From: Acidimicrobiales bacterium
Lineage (GTDB): Bacteria > Actinomycetota > Acidimicrobiia > Acidimicrobiales > SZUA-35
DNA: 64,000 bases
Reading direction: 5' to 3'
Assembly: GCA_013003535.1 (NCBI GenBank)
Contig: JABDIY010000009.1
Span: 13,451 to 77,450 of the forward strand
A program made the translations under genes and the position numbers. Positions 1 through 11,398 of the stretch are shown one piece after another (position 1 is the first letter of the stretch; each line of letters begins with the position of its first letter). The notes under the pieces are model-generated. The model ran no database searches and had not been told where the DNA came from. It saw only the letters and a program-made list of their open reading frames with translations.

Positions 1-12
1 CAGACCGACACG

Positions 13-453
13 GTGGGGCTCCTCCGCACGAACCACCGCTTACGCGCAATCGACGGTTCGCTGATATTCGAATTCGACCATGTTGACCGAGGCCTTCCGG
101 TCCAACATGCGCTTGCGGCGCTGTATGCCGCCGGGCAGCTCCCGGCAACTGCACGTGAGGTGGTCTTCGACGGGTTGCGAGACGCCCTCGTGTGGGGGAA
201 GTCCGTGGACGAGCGGTTTATCAGCGCCGTCATGGGCGGCGGAAGTGGAACCATCACCGACCTCAGCTCGTGGAACGACCCCGTCTCATGGGCGCTCGAA
301 ACCCTAGGGCTCGAATCGAACCCCAGCAAACGAACTGTGATGAAGCGATACAGAGGACTGCTGCGGGAGGCCCACCCCGACCATGGCGCCGAGGAACAAG
401 AGGCGGCGGTCCGAATCGCCGAATTGGGCCAAGCCCGCGATCTCCTGCTCTAA
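13..453 (+). CDS. J-domain (DnaJ-like) protein; may continue upstream of the window
   Basis: C-terminal J-domain signature KRYRGLLREAHPDHG...ELGQARDLL with the HPD tripeptide. The frame is open back to nt 1. Confidence 0.6.
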   Translation: MGLLRTNHRLRAIDGSLIFEFDHVDRGLPVQHALAALYAAGQLPATAREVVFDGLRDALVWGKSVDERFISAVMGGGSGTITDLSSWNDPVSWALETLGLESNPSKRTVMKRYRGLLREAHPDHGAEEQEAAVRIAELGQARDLLL

Positions 454-485
454 CACCGGGGCGGTTCGGTGCGCAGCTGCTCGCC

Positions 486-1055
486 TTAGATGCGCGCGAG
501 CCATTCTTGAACTGCAGCGATGATTTCCGGATCGTGACCCTTGGGGTCATGGCCTGAGCCAGGACCGGTCAGCCAGAGCTCCGTTACATCGCCGGGGATC
601 TTGGGCATGTGTTTGGCGAATTCAGCCGGGGTGCCAAACGAGTCCTTGCTTCCTTGCACCAGCAGCACTGGCAGGTCGAGAAGAGGAAAGTGGTCCACCC
701 GTAGCTTCTCTGGCTTCCCGGTGGGATGTAACGGATAACTGAGCAGTAACAGTCCCGCCACCTCCGAACCTTCGGCTATGGACATGCTGGCCGCCCGACC
801 GCCCATACTTCGGCCGCCGATCACGATTTCGTGAGCGGCGACCTTCCAACGCTTTGCGGCCGCAGCCACGGCCTCGTCTACGGCATCCATGAGCTTTGGC
901 ATCCGATCCGGCGGTCGCCGACCCGGACCTTTTTTTCTGTAGGGGAAGTCGACGCGGCTCACTGGAATTGCAAGCTCCTTGGTCAGAGCTAAGAACAGCG
1001 GGTGGTTCTTGTCGCCACCCGCACCGTGAAAAAGGACGAGCCCCTTGGCAGTCAT
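486..1055 (-). CDS. alpha/beta-fold hydrolase (dienelactone hydrolase / KANL3-Tex30-like)
   Basis: HGAGG oxyanion-type motif, nucleophile elbow GGRSMGG, C-terminal GSGHD. About 190 aa, a typical size. Confidence 0.7.
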   Translation of the reverse strand: MTAKGLVLFHGAGGDKNHPLFLALTKELAIPVSRVDFPYRKKGPGRRPPDRMPKLMDAVDEAVAAAAKRWKVAAHEIVIGGRSMGGRAASMSIAEGSEVAGLLLLSYPLHPTGKPEKLRVDHFPLLDLPVLLVQGSKDSFGTPAEFAKHMPKIPGDVTELWLTGPGSGHDPKGHDPEIIAAVQEWLARI

Positions 1056-1060
1056 GGCCG

Positions 1061-1876
1061 TCAGTCCGGGATAATTGTAGATGCGATGTTAGGCGGGGCT
1101 GGCGGAAACTCCATGTTCAGGCCGTCCAGCGTCTGCACCAGAATTTCGCTGATCGCCATGTTGCGATACCACTTTCGGTTGGCCGGCACCACGTACCACG
1201 GCGCATTCTTGGTACTCGTCTCGTTGAGGGCGTCCTCGAAGGCGTCCATGTAGTCCTGCCACCTCTCCCTATGGGCCAGATCTCCGGGATCGAACTTCCA
1301 GTTCTTCTCCGGTTCATCCAACCTCGCTTGAAGGCGTTCCTTCTGCTCGTCCTTATCGATGTGCAGCATGATCTTCACGATCGTCGTCCCCTCGTCGACC
1401 AAGAGCTGTTCAAAATTCCGAATGTGATCATAACGCTTTGACCACACCGCCTTCGGCGCAAGATCCATCACTCGGACAACGAGCACATCTTCGTAATGGC
1501 TGCGGTTGAAGACCACCATCTCTCCGTTGGCGGGGGTCCGAGCGTGGATCCGCCAGAGATAATCATGCGCCAGCTCGAGGGCTGACGGCTTCTTGAAGCT
1601 CGCAACCTTGACCCCGGCCGGATTCACTCCATCCAGTACATGACGGATCGTGCCATCCTTGCCGCCGGCATCCATCGCTTGGAGCACCAGCAGCACACGA
1701 TGTTTCCCCTCGGCGTAAAGGAGTTCCTGAAGCGCCTCGAGCCGCGTATTGAGCTGGAGCGTTCGGGCCTCCGCTTCGTCCCGTTCGCCATCCCACCCAA
1801 TGGTCTCTTGGGGATCGATCCGATTCAGCTTCACCTTGTCGCCGGGCTTCACTTGCAACTTGGAGATGTCGAACAT
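1061..1876 (-). CDS. ppk2: polyphosphate kinase 2 family protein
   Basis: P-loop MDAGGKDG. The single-domain length and sequence pattern fit the PPK2 family. Confidence 0.85.
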   Translation of the reverse strand: MFDISKLQVKPGDKVKLNRIDPQETIGWDGERDEAEARTLQLNTRLEALQELLYAEGKHRVLLVLQAMDAGGKDGTIRHVLDGVNPAGVKVASFKKPSALELAHDYLWRIHARTPANGEMVVFNRSHYEDVLVVRVMDLAPKAVWSKRYDHIRNFEQLLVDEGTTIVKIMLHIDKDEQKERLQARLDEPEKNWKFDPGDLAHRERWQDYMDAFEDALNETSTKNAPWYVVPANRKWYRNMAISEILVQTLDGLNMEFPPAPPNIASTIIPD

Positions 1877-1906
1877 CGGTCCAGCGTAGATGGTCCGGTC
1901 GCCTCC

Positions 1907-2218
1907 TCACATCTGAACAGCGACCTCGAACTCGAGCAGCGTGGCCCCCATGGACACCGGCGCCTTCGGTGCTTCGCCGCCCTGGGCATGGGCGTTTCGG
2001 GCCCCGTCACCATCACGCCACGCCGCATAGGACTCCTCGTCAGCCCAACGGGTGTAGACGAACCACCGCTTCTCCGCCTCACCGGTGGGCCGGAGCAACT
2101 CAAACCCCTCGAACCCAGCCACGTCAGACAGGCCACTCATCCTGGCGGTGAACCGTTTGACGATTTCGTCCCCAGCATTTGGTGGAATTTCCAGCGCATT
2201 GATTTTCACTACTGCCAT
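1907..2218 (-). CDS. antibiotic-biosynthesis-monooxygenase (ABM) domain protein, MhuD/IsdG-like
   Basis: MAVVKINALEIPPNAGDEIVKRF...GFELLRP...LLEFEV closely parallels my recollection of mycobacterial MhuD. 103 aa. Confidence 0.7.
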   Translation of the reverse strand: MAVVKINALEIPPNAGDEIVKRFTARMSGLSDVAGFEGFELLRPTGEAEKRWFVYTRWADEESYAAWRDGDGARNAHAQGGEAPKAPVSMGATLLEFEVAVQM

Positions 2219-2337
2219 CGCATCAGCCTAGGCATGCGGGTCACCCGACTGAGAATCGATCGGCGACAACACAACCATCGTGGCAGATCCCGAAGACAAC
2301 GAGTTTTGAGGGGCTGGGGAGTACCTTGCGCCTCGAG

Positions 2338-3336
2338 CTAGCCGAACCCGATCGGGGTTATCTTCCGGAGCTTCGCCGGCTGATGATGGGCCTCGATGAA
2401 ACGCACCGTGCCAGAGCGGCCACGCATCACGATGCTCTGCGTTGTTATTCCGCCCCTGCTGTAGCTGACGCCTTTCAACAAGTCACCCGTGGTGATCCCG
2501 GTTGCTGCGAAGAAACAGTTCTCCGTGCTGATGAGATCGTTGAGCCCGAGGATTGCATCGGGATCCTTGCCCTCATCGATCGTGGCCTGCCGCTCTTCCT
2601 CGGTTTTGTGCCACAGCCGACCCTGGAGATCCCCACCCATGCATTTCAATGCCGCTGCAGTGATCACACCTTCGGGCGTGCCGCCTACCCCGAAGAGGAT
2701 GTCCACTCCGGAATTGGGCGAGGCGCAGGCGATGGCGCCTGCCACGTCGCCGTCGGAGATCAGCCGGATGCGAGCCCCCGCCTGACGGATCTCAGCAATC
2801 AGGTCAGCGTGCCGGGGCCGGTCGAGCACCACCGCCGTGAGATCAGACACGCTGAGGCCGCGGGCTTTGGCCAACGCTGTGAGGTTGCGTTCCACCGGCA
2901 GACGAATATCCACGATCCCGGCCCCACTAGGACCAACTGCGATCTTGTCCATGTACACCGCCGAACCCGGATTGAACATAGTGCCGCGTTCGCTTGCCGC
3001 GATCACCGCTATCGCCCCCGCTCGACCCTCCGCGGTCAGAGTGGTCCCATCGATCGGGTCAACTGCGATGTCGCAGAAAGGTGGCTCGCCGTTTCCCACC
3101 ATCTCCCCATTGAAGAGCATCGGAGCTTCGTCCTTTTCACCTTCACCGATTACGACGATTCCGTTCATCTCCACGCCGTCGAGTACGTGGCGCATCGCAT
3201 CAACCGCGGCCTGGTCCGCAACCTCCTTCTGACCCCGGCCGACGTGGCGAGCCCCCGCCATTGCCGCCGCCTCGGTTGTCCGCACCAACTCGAGCGCGAG
3301 GTTTCGTTCCGATGTCATCCGTGGTTCGTTCATCAC
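2338..3336 (-). CDS. glpX: class II fructose-1,6-bisphosphatase
   Basis: Full-length GlpX-like sequence (GEGEKDEAPML, DPIDGTT, GVGGTPEGV). Confidence 0.9.
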   Translation of the reverse strand: MMNEPRMTSERNLALELVRTTEAAAMAGARHVGRGQKEVADQAAVDAMRHVLDGVEMNGIVVIGEGEKDEAPMLFNGEMVGNGEPPFCDIAVDPIDGTTLTAEGRAGAIAVIAASERGTMFNPGSAVYMDKIAVGPSGAGIVDIRLPVERNLTALAKARGLSVSDLTAVVLDRPRHADLIAEIRQAGARIRLISDGDVAGAIACASPNSGVDILFGVGGTPEGVITAAALKCMGGDLQGRLWHKTEEERQATIDEGKDPDAILGLNDLISTENCFFAATGITTGDLLKGVSYSRGGITTQSIVMRGRSGTVRFIEAHHQPAKLRKITPIGFG

Positions 3337-3344
3337 GTAACAAG

Positions 3345-4349
3345 CTAGTCGGACAAGCCCTGCTCGCGCGTGGGATCATTCCCCCGCTTCCGCCTTGCAG
3401 GAGGCAAGCCCTCCAGGTCTTTCAGCAAGCGCTCGGCATGCGACGGGTCTTCAACCCCAGGATGGAACAGAGCAGATGAAATCGCCTCGCCCGTAGCTCG
3501 CGGCCTCGGGTCGGCCGGGTCGGGGAACGCCTCGCCATAACTCACCAAACCCTGCGACGGCTCCCGGACGGCCCCGGCTTTGGCTCCCACCCGCTCAAAT
3601 CGCTCGATGAGGGACCACTTGGATCCAACCAGCTGATGCGTTCCGCGCCGGCGAAAGAACAAACGCAGCAACAGCGCAAGACCAATGAGCACCGCGACCA
3701 CCAACAAGATGAGCCACCAGCTCAGAGACGAATCGTCGGGAGGTGGGGACGCTGGCAAGGGGTTCAGGTCGCCTGGCGTTCCCTCACCACCGGAGTCGAG
3801 CCCGAAGAACTCCGAGAGCCGCTGCCAAAGTCCGTCAGCCGAGGAATCTCGAGGCGCGTCACCTGGTAGAGAACCTGGGCCTTCTGCGGATGGAGAGCGC
3901 GGACTCAAAACCCAGTCACCCAAGAGGAGACTTACCAGTCCAACACCTACGGCCCCCGCAAGAAGTGAGAACAAACGACGAAGGGAGGGTCTCCCGAGGC
4001 TCGAGACCGCAGCTATCGCCAAGAAGACCAGTGGAGCCACCCCATGAATGCGGAGCCCGCCATCGGTTGAGCTGACCACAATGACCATCACCACAAGAGC
4101 TACCGACACGGTGCGCAGAACCAAGGGAACTCCAACAGCCACCAGCAGCACCGCGAGGAGAGCGAAGCCGATGGTCAAGAGCAGACCCCGGCCAAGGACC
4201 GCCTCAGGCCAGACCACAAACAGCGCAACTGCGGCAAGAGACAACGAAACGGCCTCAGCGTTGTCAACGCCACGCAATCGGCGCCAGAGTTCACCGGCAC
4301 CCCCGGGTCGGTTCACAATTTCACCACCAGCACCCCCGGGTCGGTTCAC
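3345..4349 (-). CDS. multi-pass membrane protein, third member of the MoxR/DUF58 operon (possibly DUF4129-type C-terminus)
   Basis: Several hydrophobic helices. GTGA overlap with the upstream DUF58 gene. The start lies inside a 33-bp tandem duplication, so an alternative GTG at 4316 is possible. Confidence 0.5.
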   Translation of the reverse strand: MNRPGGAGGEIVNRPGGAGELWRRLRGVDNAEAVSLSLAAVALFVVWPEAVLGRGLLLTIGFALLAVLLVAVGVPLVLRTVSVALVVMVIVVSSTDGGLRIHGVAPLVFLAIAAVSSLGRPSLRRLFSLLAGAVGVGLVSLLLGDWVLSPRSPSAEGPGSLPGDAPRDSSADGLWQRLSEFFGLDSGGEGTPGDLNPLPASPPPDDSSLSWWLILLVVAVLIGLALLLRLFFRRRGTHQLVGSKWSLIERFERVGAKAGAVREPSQGLVSYGEAFPDPADPRPRATGEAISSALFHPGVEDPSHAERLLKDLEGLPPARRKRGNDPTREQGLSD

Positions 4350-4351
4350 AA
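4286..4351. repeat. 33-bp tandem duplication (two copies, 22-nt exact core gcacccccgggtcggttcacaa)
   Basis: The exact core occurs at 4297..4318 and 4330..4351. It encodes VNRPGGAG twice at the N-terminus of the 3345..4349 ORF. Confidence 0.8.
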
Positions 4352-5374
4352 GTTCACCTCTACCTTCTCCAGGGTCACCATCACATGGGGACCGGAGACG
4401 GTCACGTCGATGTCGGTGGGTCTGGCCAGGGACAACCTCTTGAGCAGATCGATCTCATCGATAACCAGCCGTTCCACCAACCGTGCCTCGAGCCCCGTCT
4501 TCGGCAATGGACGTTTCTTGTCAACTCTTCGGGCTGCCAACAACCGAGCGCGCTCCAATGAGCCAGAAAGCTCCTCGGTTGCCAGCCGTAGCGACCTTCC
4601 GCTGCGCAGAACTTCCTCACAAATTGTCCTGGTCACCGCCAGCGAACTCAACACCATCCGGCGCCCTGTCACCGAACCTGAATTGGCTGGATCCATGGAC
4701 ACAACCACCAGAACCTCGTCCTCCTGCACCTGTTCATCGCGAACGTGCAGTTGAGTTGTCCGAGCCGTTGCCGACCAATTGACCCGGCCCATTCGGTCTC
4801 CTGGCACATATTCTCTGAGACGGTCCAGATCATGCATCGTGCTCATATGCGGAACCTCCACCAACCGCTCGCCGGCGTCCGGACCGCGGCATATCAACTG
4901 AGGGACGGGACGATGTGCCTTTCGTTTCGCCTCCACGAAACCAAATAACCGAAAGGCCTCAGTGAATTCCAACGATGAAACGGAATGTGGATTCCACCCG
5001 TCCAAGGCCACCGTTCGAGGTGTGCGGGCCGGAACAGGATCAATCTGGGGATCGGTGTTGCGCAGCGGAGCAACCTGCACTGTGGCATTATGCGGTCCCG
5101 CCATCTGGTGAACACGGACCGTTGGCGGGTGAGCGGTGTCCCCCACAGTCCGAAAAGGAGTTACCGCGAAACGTACTCTCCGCAACCCCACCACAGACAA
5201 GACAAGATCAACCAACCCCGCAATCATCAAGCTGGCCCCAGTGGCCAGGACCACGGCGGTCTCACTACGGCCGATGTACACAACCATCAAGCAACCCATG
5301 AAGCACGCCCAACCCATCACCGTCGGGCGGACCGTTGTGCGGCCGCGCAGAACTGATGGTTCAGCGGCTAGCAA
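4346..5374 (-). CDS. DUF58 domain protein (MoxR partner)
   Basis: Motif VNWSATARTTQLHVRDEQ is typical of DUF58. N-terminal TM helices. Overlaps the MoxR gene end by 14 nt. Confidence 0.8.
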   Translation of the reverse strand: MLAAEPSVLRGRTTVRPTVMGWACFMGCLMVVYIGRSETAVVLATGASLMIAGLVDLVLSVVGLRRVRFAVTPFRTVGDTAHPPTVRVHQMAGPHNATVQVAPLRNTDPQIDPVPARTPRTVALDGWNPHSVSSLEFTEAFRLFGFVEAKRKAHRPVPQLICRGPDAGERLVEVPHMSTMHDLDRLREYVPGDRMGRVNWSATARTTQLHVRDEQVQEDEVLVVVSMDPANSGSVTGRRMVLSSLAVTRTICEEVLRSGRSLRLATEELSGSLERARLLAARRVDKKRPLPKTGLEARLVERLVIDEIDLLKRLSLARPTDIDVTVSGPHVMVTLEKVEVNL

Positions 5375-6275
5375 CCGGGACTTCCACCGAGCGGATGATT
5401 CCGCGGATCACGGACTCGTCGAACTGTCTAGGGAGGCGATGGATGAGCACGTGCGGTGCCGCCGCCTGCACGTCTTCCGGTGCCACGTAGGACCGTCCTG
5501 AAATCACGGCGTGGCCACGGGCGACATCGGCCAAAGAAGCCGAGGCCCGAACACTCAACCAAACCTCGCCGTCCACCTGACGGACGGCATCGACGATATT
5601 GAGTACGTACTCCACGATCGAAGGAGCCATCGGGAGGTTTCGGACATGAAGCATGAGGTCAACGAGTTCGGGTCGCTCAAGCACCGCCGTCAGCCCGCCG
5701 AGGTGGGCGAAACCAGCACTCCCGGACAAGATGGCCCGCTCGCTTTCCCGTCCCGGCAGGCCGAGCTTCGTCATCAGAGCAAACCGATCGAGCTGGGCAG
5801 GGACGAGTGGATGCGTACCGCCCCCGCCGGGAGGATTCTGCGTGGCAATGACCATGAACGGCTGCGGCAATTGAGCGGTTGTACCGTCCACCGTGACCTG
5901 ATTCTCCGCCATCGCTTCGAGCAGTGCCGATTGCGCCTTTGGTGTAGCCCGATTGAATTCATCCACCAAAACCAGAGAGGCGAAGATGGGGCCGGCTCGG
6001 AACGGCCATGAGGCGTCGGCGGGATTGAAGACATGGATACCCGTGATATCGGTGGGCAACAAGTCCGGTGTGCCCTGAATACGAGAAGTATCCAGGCCCA
6101 ACGTGGTTGCCAGAGCTCGCGCCAGCACGGTCTTACCGACGCCCGGTCGGTCCTCCAAAAGCACGTGGCCACCGCTCAAGAGCGCCGCCAAAATCAGCGT
6201 AACCGCGTCTCGTTGGCCGGCGATGACGCGCTCCACGCTGGAAACGATTTCCTTCAGATGCTCGTGCTGCGCCAT
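5361..6275 (-). CDS. MoxR-family AAA+ ATPase
   Basis: GHVLLEDRPGVGKT Walker A, VLVDEFNR Walker B. ATG at 6275 gives the usual ~20 aa before the GQ motif. The ORF is open up to a GTG at 6401, so the start is uncertain. Confidence 0.85.
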   Translation of the reverse strand: MAQHEHLKEIVSSVERVIAGQRDAVTLILAALLSGGHVLLEDRPGVGKTVLARALATTLGLDTSRIQGTPDLLPTDITGIHVFNPADASWPFRAGPIFASLVLVDEFNRATPKAQSALLEAMAENQVTVDGTTAQLPQPFMVIATQNPPGGGGTHPLVPAQLDRFALMTKLGLPGRESERAILSGSAGFAHLGGLTAVLERPELVDLMLHVRNLPMAPSIVEYVLNIVDAVRQVDGEVWLSVRASASLADVARGHAVISGRSYVAPEDVQAAAPHVLIHRLPRQFDESVIRGIIRSVEVPVASR

Positions 6276-6426
6276 TGCCCAAGCATCGTAGGGTCCCGCC
6301 GATACGTTTGCCGTCCAGACGGTTGGGTCGTTGCCTCTGCTTTGCCTCACGTCGCTTCCCCGCTGCACCTCACGTCGCCCGTCAATGTCTCTATTGACCA
6401 CCGCCGTGGTCGGTTGGAAAGCAGCG

Positions 6427-6819
6427 TCAGCTAGCTGCCAGTTCGATTCGGAGTTCCGCCCACTTCTTGTCGGCCATGGCGAATGCGTCGAGGTCGTCGG
6501 TACTCAGCCGAGACACTGCGTCGGCCAGATCGTCGTTGGCCGATTTGACATCGATGTCTTCGGCTGGCACAGCCAGATCGGAGAGCACTGTGACCTTGTT
6601 GCCGGCGACGGACACAAAACCCCCGCGAACGGCAAAGCGCTTCACGGTCCCCTCGGCCTCAGTGACTTTGATCTCGCTGGTCTGCAACGAGCCGATGAAT
6701 GGCTCATGGCCGGTCAAGAAAGCGATGTCGCCGCCCCCACGCGTCCGAGCTGTAACCATGGTGCCTTCACCGGAGTAGAGGACCGATTCGGGAGAAACAA
6801 ACTCAATCGTAAAAGACAT
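6427..6819 (-). CDS. atpC: F1 ATP synthase epsilon subunit
   Basis: 130 aa directly downstream of atpD. Epsilon-like beta-sandwich sequence. Confidence 0.9.
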   Translation of the reverse strand: MSFTIEFVSPESVLYSGEGTMVTARTRGGGDIAFLTGHEPFIGSLQTSEIKVTEAEGTVKRFAVRGGFVSVAGNKVTVLSDLAVPAEDIDVKSANDDLADAVSRLSTDDLDAFAMADKKWAELRIELAAS

Positions 6820-6859
6820 CAGTGGACCTCAGTTCACTACGGAAGGCGAAGCAATGTGA

Positions 6860-8350
<1,491 letters not shown>

Positions 8351-9253
8351 TTAAGCGGCGTCTTCTTCGAGGGCCTCGGCACCACTGACGATCTCCATGA
8401 TCTCGGTGGTGATTGACGCCTGGCGGGCCCGGTTCATATCTCGGGCCAGTTTGGTGATCAGTTCTTCAGCGTTTTCAGTTGCGGCCTTCATGGCCCGCTG
8501 ACGGTTGGCGTGCTCAGAAGCCGCGGCCTCGAGCAGAGCCGCGAAGAGACGGGCTTCCACATACTGAGGAAGCAAATCCTCCAGCACGCCTTCGGGGGAA
8601 GGTTCAAAGCTGAACCCGGCCAAGGCCGAAGCTTCGCCACCGCCCGCTTCTGAGATCGTCTCGGTGGATTCCAACGGAAGAAAGCGCCGTACCACGGGTC
8701 GTTGGGTGCCCAGGGACACGAATTCGGTGTAGATGAGCTCGACCTGGTCGACTCGTCCGTTGTCGAAGAGGTCCCGAACAACACGTGCTACGCGGCGGGC
8801 GTCCTCGTACGTGGGGTTGTCGGTGAACCCGGTAAAGGATCTTTCGATTTCGAAGCCTCGGAACGTGAAGTAGTCCTTCACTTTCCGCCCGACAGAGATG
8901 ATCTTGTAATCGCCACCATCGGCACGGTGTGCCTGGATCTCACGCTCGGCGGAGCGAATCACGGCCGAGTTGTATGGTCCAGCCAGACCACGATCACCGG
9001 CGCACACGACAAAGGCCACGGTGTGAGGGTTCTCCACCTGACGAAGGAGCGGATGATCAATGTCGGCCCCGCCGGCGGCGAGATTCTCGATCACGCTGGT
9101 CAACTGCTCGGCATAGGGTCGGGCCGCATTGGCCCGCTGCCGGGCGCGAGTCACCCGGGTGGCCGCAATGAGTTCCATGGCGCGAGTGATTTTCTTGGTG
9201 TTCTTCACGCTGCCGATGCGTCGGCGGAGTACTCGTTCGGCGCCACCTGGCAT
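8351..9253 (-). CDS. atpG: F1 ATP synthase gamma subunit
   Basis: KKITRAMELIAATR N-terminus and ITTEIMEIVSGAEAL C-terminus. Confidence 0.95.
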   Translation of the reverse strand: MPGGAERVLRRRIGSVKNTKKITRAMELIAATRVTRARQRANAARPYAEQLTSVIENLAAGGADIDHPLLRQVENPHTVAFVVCAGDRGLAGPYNSAVIRSAEREIQAHRADGGDYKIISVGRKVKDYFTFRGFEIERSFTGFTDNPTYEDARRVARVVRDLFDNGRVDQVELIYTEFVSLGTQRPVVRRFLPLESTETISEAGGGEASALAGFSFEPSPEGVLEDLLPQYVEARLFAALLEAAASEHANRQRAMKAATENAEELITKLARDMNRARQASITTEIMEIVSGAEALEEDAA

Positions 9254-9256
9254 TGG

Positions 9257-10876
9257 TTAGGCCCCCACCCGGGATACATCGGTTTCGGGCAAGGTGGTAG
9301 GTGCGTCGACCAGTTTCCGTTGTGCTTCGGCCTGAGCCTTGGCCTCAGGTGTCATGGTTTCGTGGGCTGTGCCCTGGAACTGGTCGGTGAAGGCGGCAAT
9401 GGCAGCTTCGAGAGCCTCTTCGTCCGGAACCTTGCCGGTACTGACGATTGCACTGAGAATGTCGCCGTGGCGCGAGCGGAACCAGTCGAGAATTTCCTTC
9501 TCGTACTTGGCGACGTCTACAACCTCGACACCGTCGAGGTAACCACGGGTACCCGAGTACAGCAATACAACCTGCTCCTCCACCGGAACCGGTGCGCTGA
9601 TACCTTGCTTCAGCAACTCGGTCAGGCGGTAGCCCCGATCAAGCTGTGCCTGTGACACGGCATCGAGATCGGAACCAAAGGCTGCGAAGGCTTGGAGTTC
9701 ACGGAACTGCTGAAGATCAGATTTCAACGTGCCAACGGCGCTCTTCATCGCCTTGATCTGGGCGGCGGATCCAACTCGACTCACCGAGATGCCAACATCT
9801 ACTGCGGGACGAACACCGGATTTGAAGAGGTCATCCTGCAGATAGATCTGACCGTCGGTGATCGAGATCACGTTGGTAGGAATGAAGGCTGATACGTCGC
9901 CGGCTTTGGTTTCGATCACCGGCAACGCGGTCAGCGAGCCAGCGCCCCGCTCCTCAGACAGTTTGGCGGCTCGCTCGAGGAGGCGGGAATGGAGATAGAA
10001 CACGTCGCCGGGGAAGGCTTCACGACCGGGCGGGCGGCGCAGCAACAGCGAAACCTGGCGATACGCCTCGGCCTGCTTGGAGAGGTCGTCGTAAATGGCG
10101 AGGGCGTGGCCGCCGTTGTCCATCCAGTGCTGGCCCATGGCACAACCGGAATAGGGGGCGAGGAACTTGAACGGAGCGGGGTCAGACGCCGGGGCGATGA
10201 CCACCACCGTGTATTCCATGGCGCCATGCTCTTCGAGGTTTGCCACGGTCTGAGCGACGGTGGACGCCTTCTGCCCGATGGCTACATAGACGCATTTGAT
10301 TCCGGCGCCCTTCTGGGCGAGGATCGAGTCGATGGCGATGGTGGTCTTGCCGGTTTTGCGATCCCCGATAATGAGCTCACGTTGTCCTCGTCCGATCGGG
10401 ATGAGCGAGTCGACCGCTTTGATCCCGGTCTGCACCGGCTCATGAACTGGCTGACGCCCGGTGATACCGGGAGCCTGAACTTCCATGCGCCGTTGCGTCA
10501 CATTGGTGAGCGGGCCCTTCCCATCGACTGGTTCGCCCAGCGTGTTCACCACTCGGCCGAGAAGGCCGTCGCCAACGGGAACCGAAAGAATCTGGCCGGT
10601 GGCCTCTACGTTCTGGCCCTCTTCAATGCCATCTACGTCGCCCAATACAACGGCACCGATACTGGCCTCGTCGAGGTTCAACGCCAAGCCGATGGTGCCA
10701 TCCTCGAATCGCAACATCTCGTTGACGGCCACGTTGGGCAGTCCCCCGACCCGGGCGATGCCGTCTCCCACTTCGACGACCTTGCCGACGGTGGAAGAGG
10801 AAACGTCGGTGCTGAACGAGTCCAGATTTTTCTTGAGCGCACTAGCAATCTCGCTCGGGTCAAAGGTGAGTGCCAT
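9257..10876 (-). CDS. atpA: F1 ATP synthase alpha subunit
   Basis: GDRKTGKT P-loop and a conserved alpha-subunit sequence. Confidence 0.97.
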   Translation of the reverse strand: MALTFDPSEIASALKKNLDSFSTDVSSSTVGKVVEVGDGIARVGGLPNVAVNEMLRFEDGTIGLALNLDEASIGAVVLGDVDGIEEGQNVEATGQILSVPVGDGLLGRVVNTLGEPVDGKGPLTNVTQRRMEVQAPGITGRQPVHEPVQTGIKAVDSLIPIGRGQRELIIGDRKTGKTTIAIDSILAQKGAGIKCVYVAIGQKASTVAQTVANLEEHGAMEYTVVVIAPASDPAPFKFLAPYSGCAMGQHWMDNGGHALAIYDDLSKQAEAYRQVSLLLRRPPGREAFPGDVFYLHSRLLERAAKLSEERGAGSLTALPVIETKAGDVSAFIPTNVISITDGQIYLQDDLFKSGVRPAVDVGISVSRVGSAAQIKAMKSAVGTLKSDLQQFRELQAFAAFGSDLDAVSQAQLDRGYRLTELLKQGISAPVPVEEQVVLLYSGTRGYLDGVEVVDVAKYEKEILDWFRSRHGDILSAIVSTGKVPDEEALEAAIAAFTDQFQGTAHETMTPEAKAQAEAQRKLVDAPTTLPETDVSRVGA

Positions 10877-11398
10877 TTACAGCGCCTCTCGCATCTTGTT
10901 GATTCGGCTTCGGACGGTGCCATCGATCACGATGTCACCAAGGGTGGTGACAACGCCGCCGACGACGGAGGGGTCGATTTCGGTTTGCAGTTCTACGGGG
11001 CCGCCGGCTTGCACAGCCAGCGCTGCGCTGAGACGAGCCTGCTGATCGGCAGATAGGGGAACGGCGCTGCGGACAACCGCCAGACGCTTGCCGGAAGATT
11101 TGGCTGCTTTGCCAACGAACGCATCAACGATCTGGCTGAGATCGCCAGCCCTACCAGCGTTTACCAGCAGGCCGATGATCGAGCGGGTGGTATTGGAGGC
11201 CTTCCCCGCCAGCAGGTCATCGACGATCTGGTTTCGTGTATCTGCGGGCAACAACGTGTTTGCCAGTGTGGACCGCAACTCGTTGTTGTTCTGAAGCTCC
11301 TTGGAGAACGACAGCAGCTCTGAACGGGTTCCGCTTACGTCTCCCTCAGCCGTGGCGATGGCCAAAATGGCATCGGCATAGGAGTCGGTTGCGCTCAT
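10877..11398 (-). CDS. atpH: F1 ATP synthase delta (OSCP) subunit, free-standing
   Basis: 173 aa, OSCP-like, located between the b and alpha genes. 4-nt overlap with atpF. Confidence 0.85.
   Translation of the reverse strand: MSATDSYADAILAIATAEGDVSGTRSELLSFSKELQNNNELRSTLANTLLPADTRNQIVDDLLAGKASNTTRSIIGLLVNAGRAGDLSQIVDAFVGKAAKSSGKRLAVVRSAVPLSADQQARLSAALAVQAGGPVELQTEIDPSVVGGVVTTLGDIVIDGTVRSRINKMREAL

Noticed and set aside
2326-3348. 340-aa plus-strand ORF antisense to glpX
   Set aside because: Arg/Pro/His/Gly-rich composition typical of shadow ORFs in high-GC DNA. The opposite strand encodes an unmistakable GlpX.
9989-11056. 355-aa ORF antisense to atpA/atpH
   Set aside because: Shadow ORF. 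The minus strand encodes highly conserved ATP synthase subunits.
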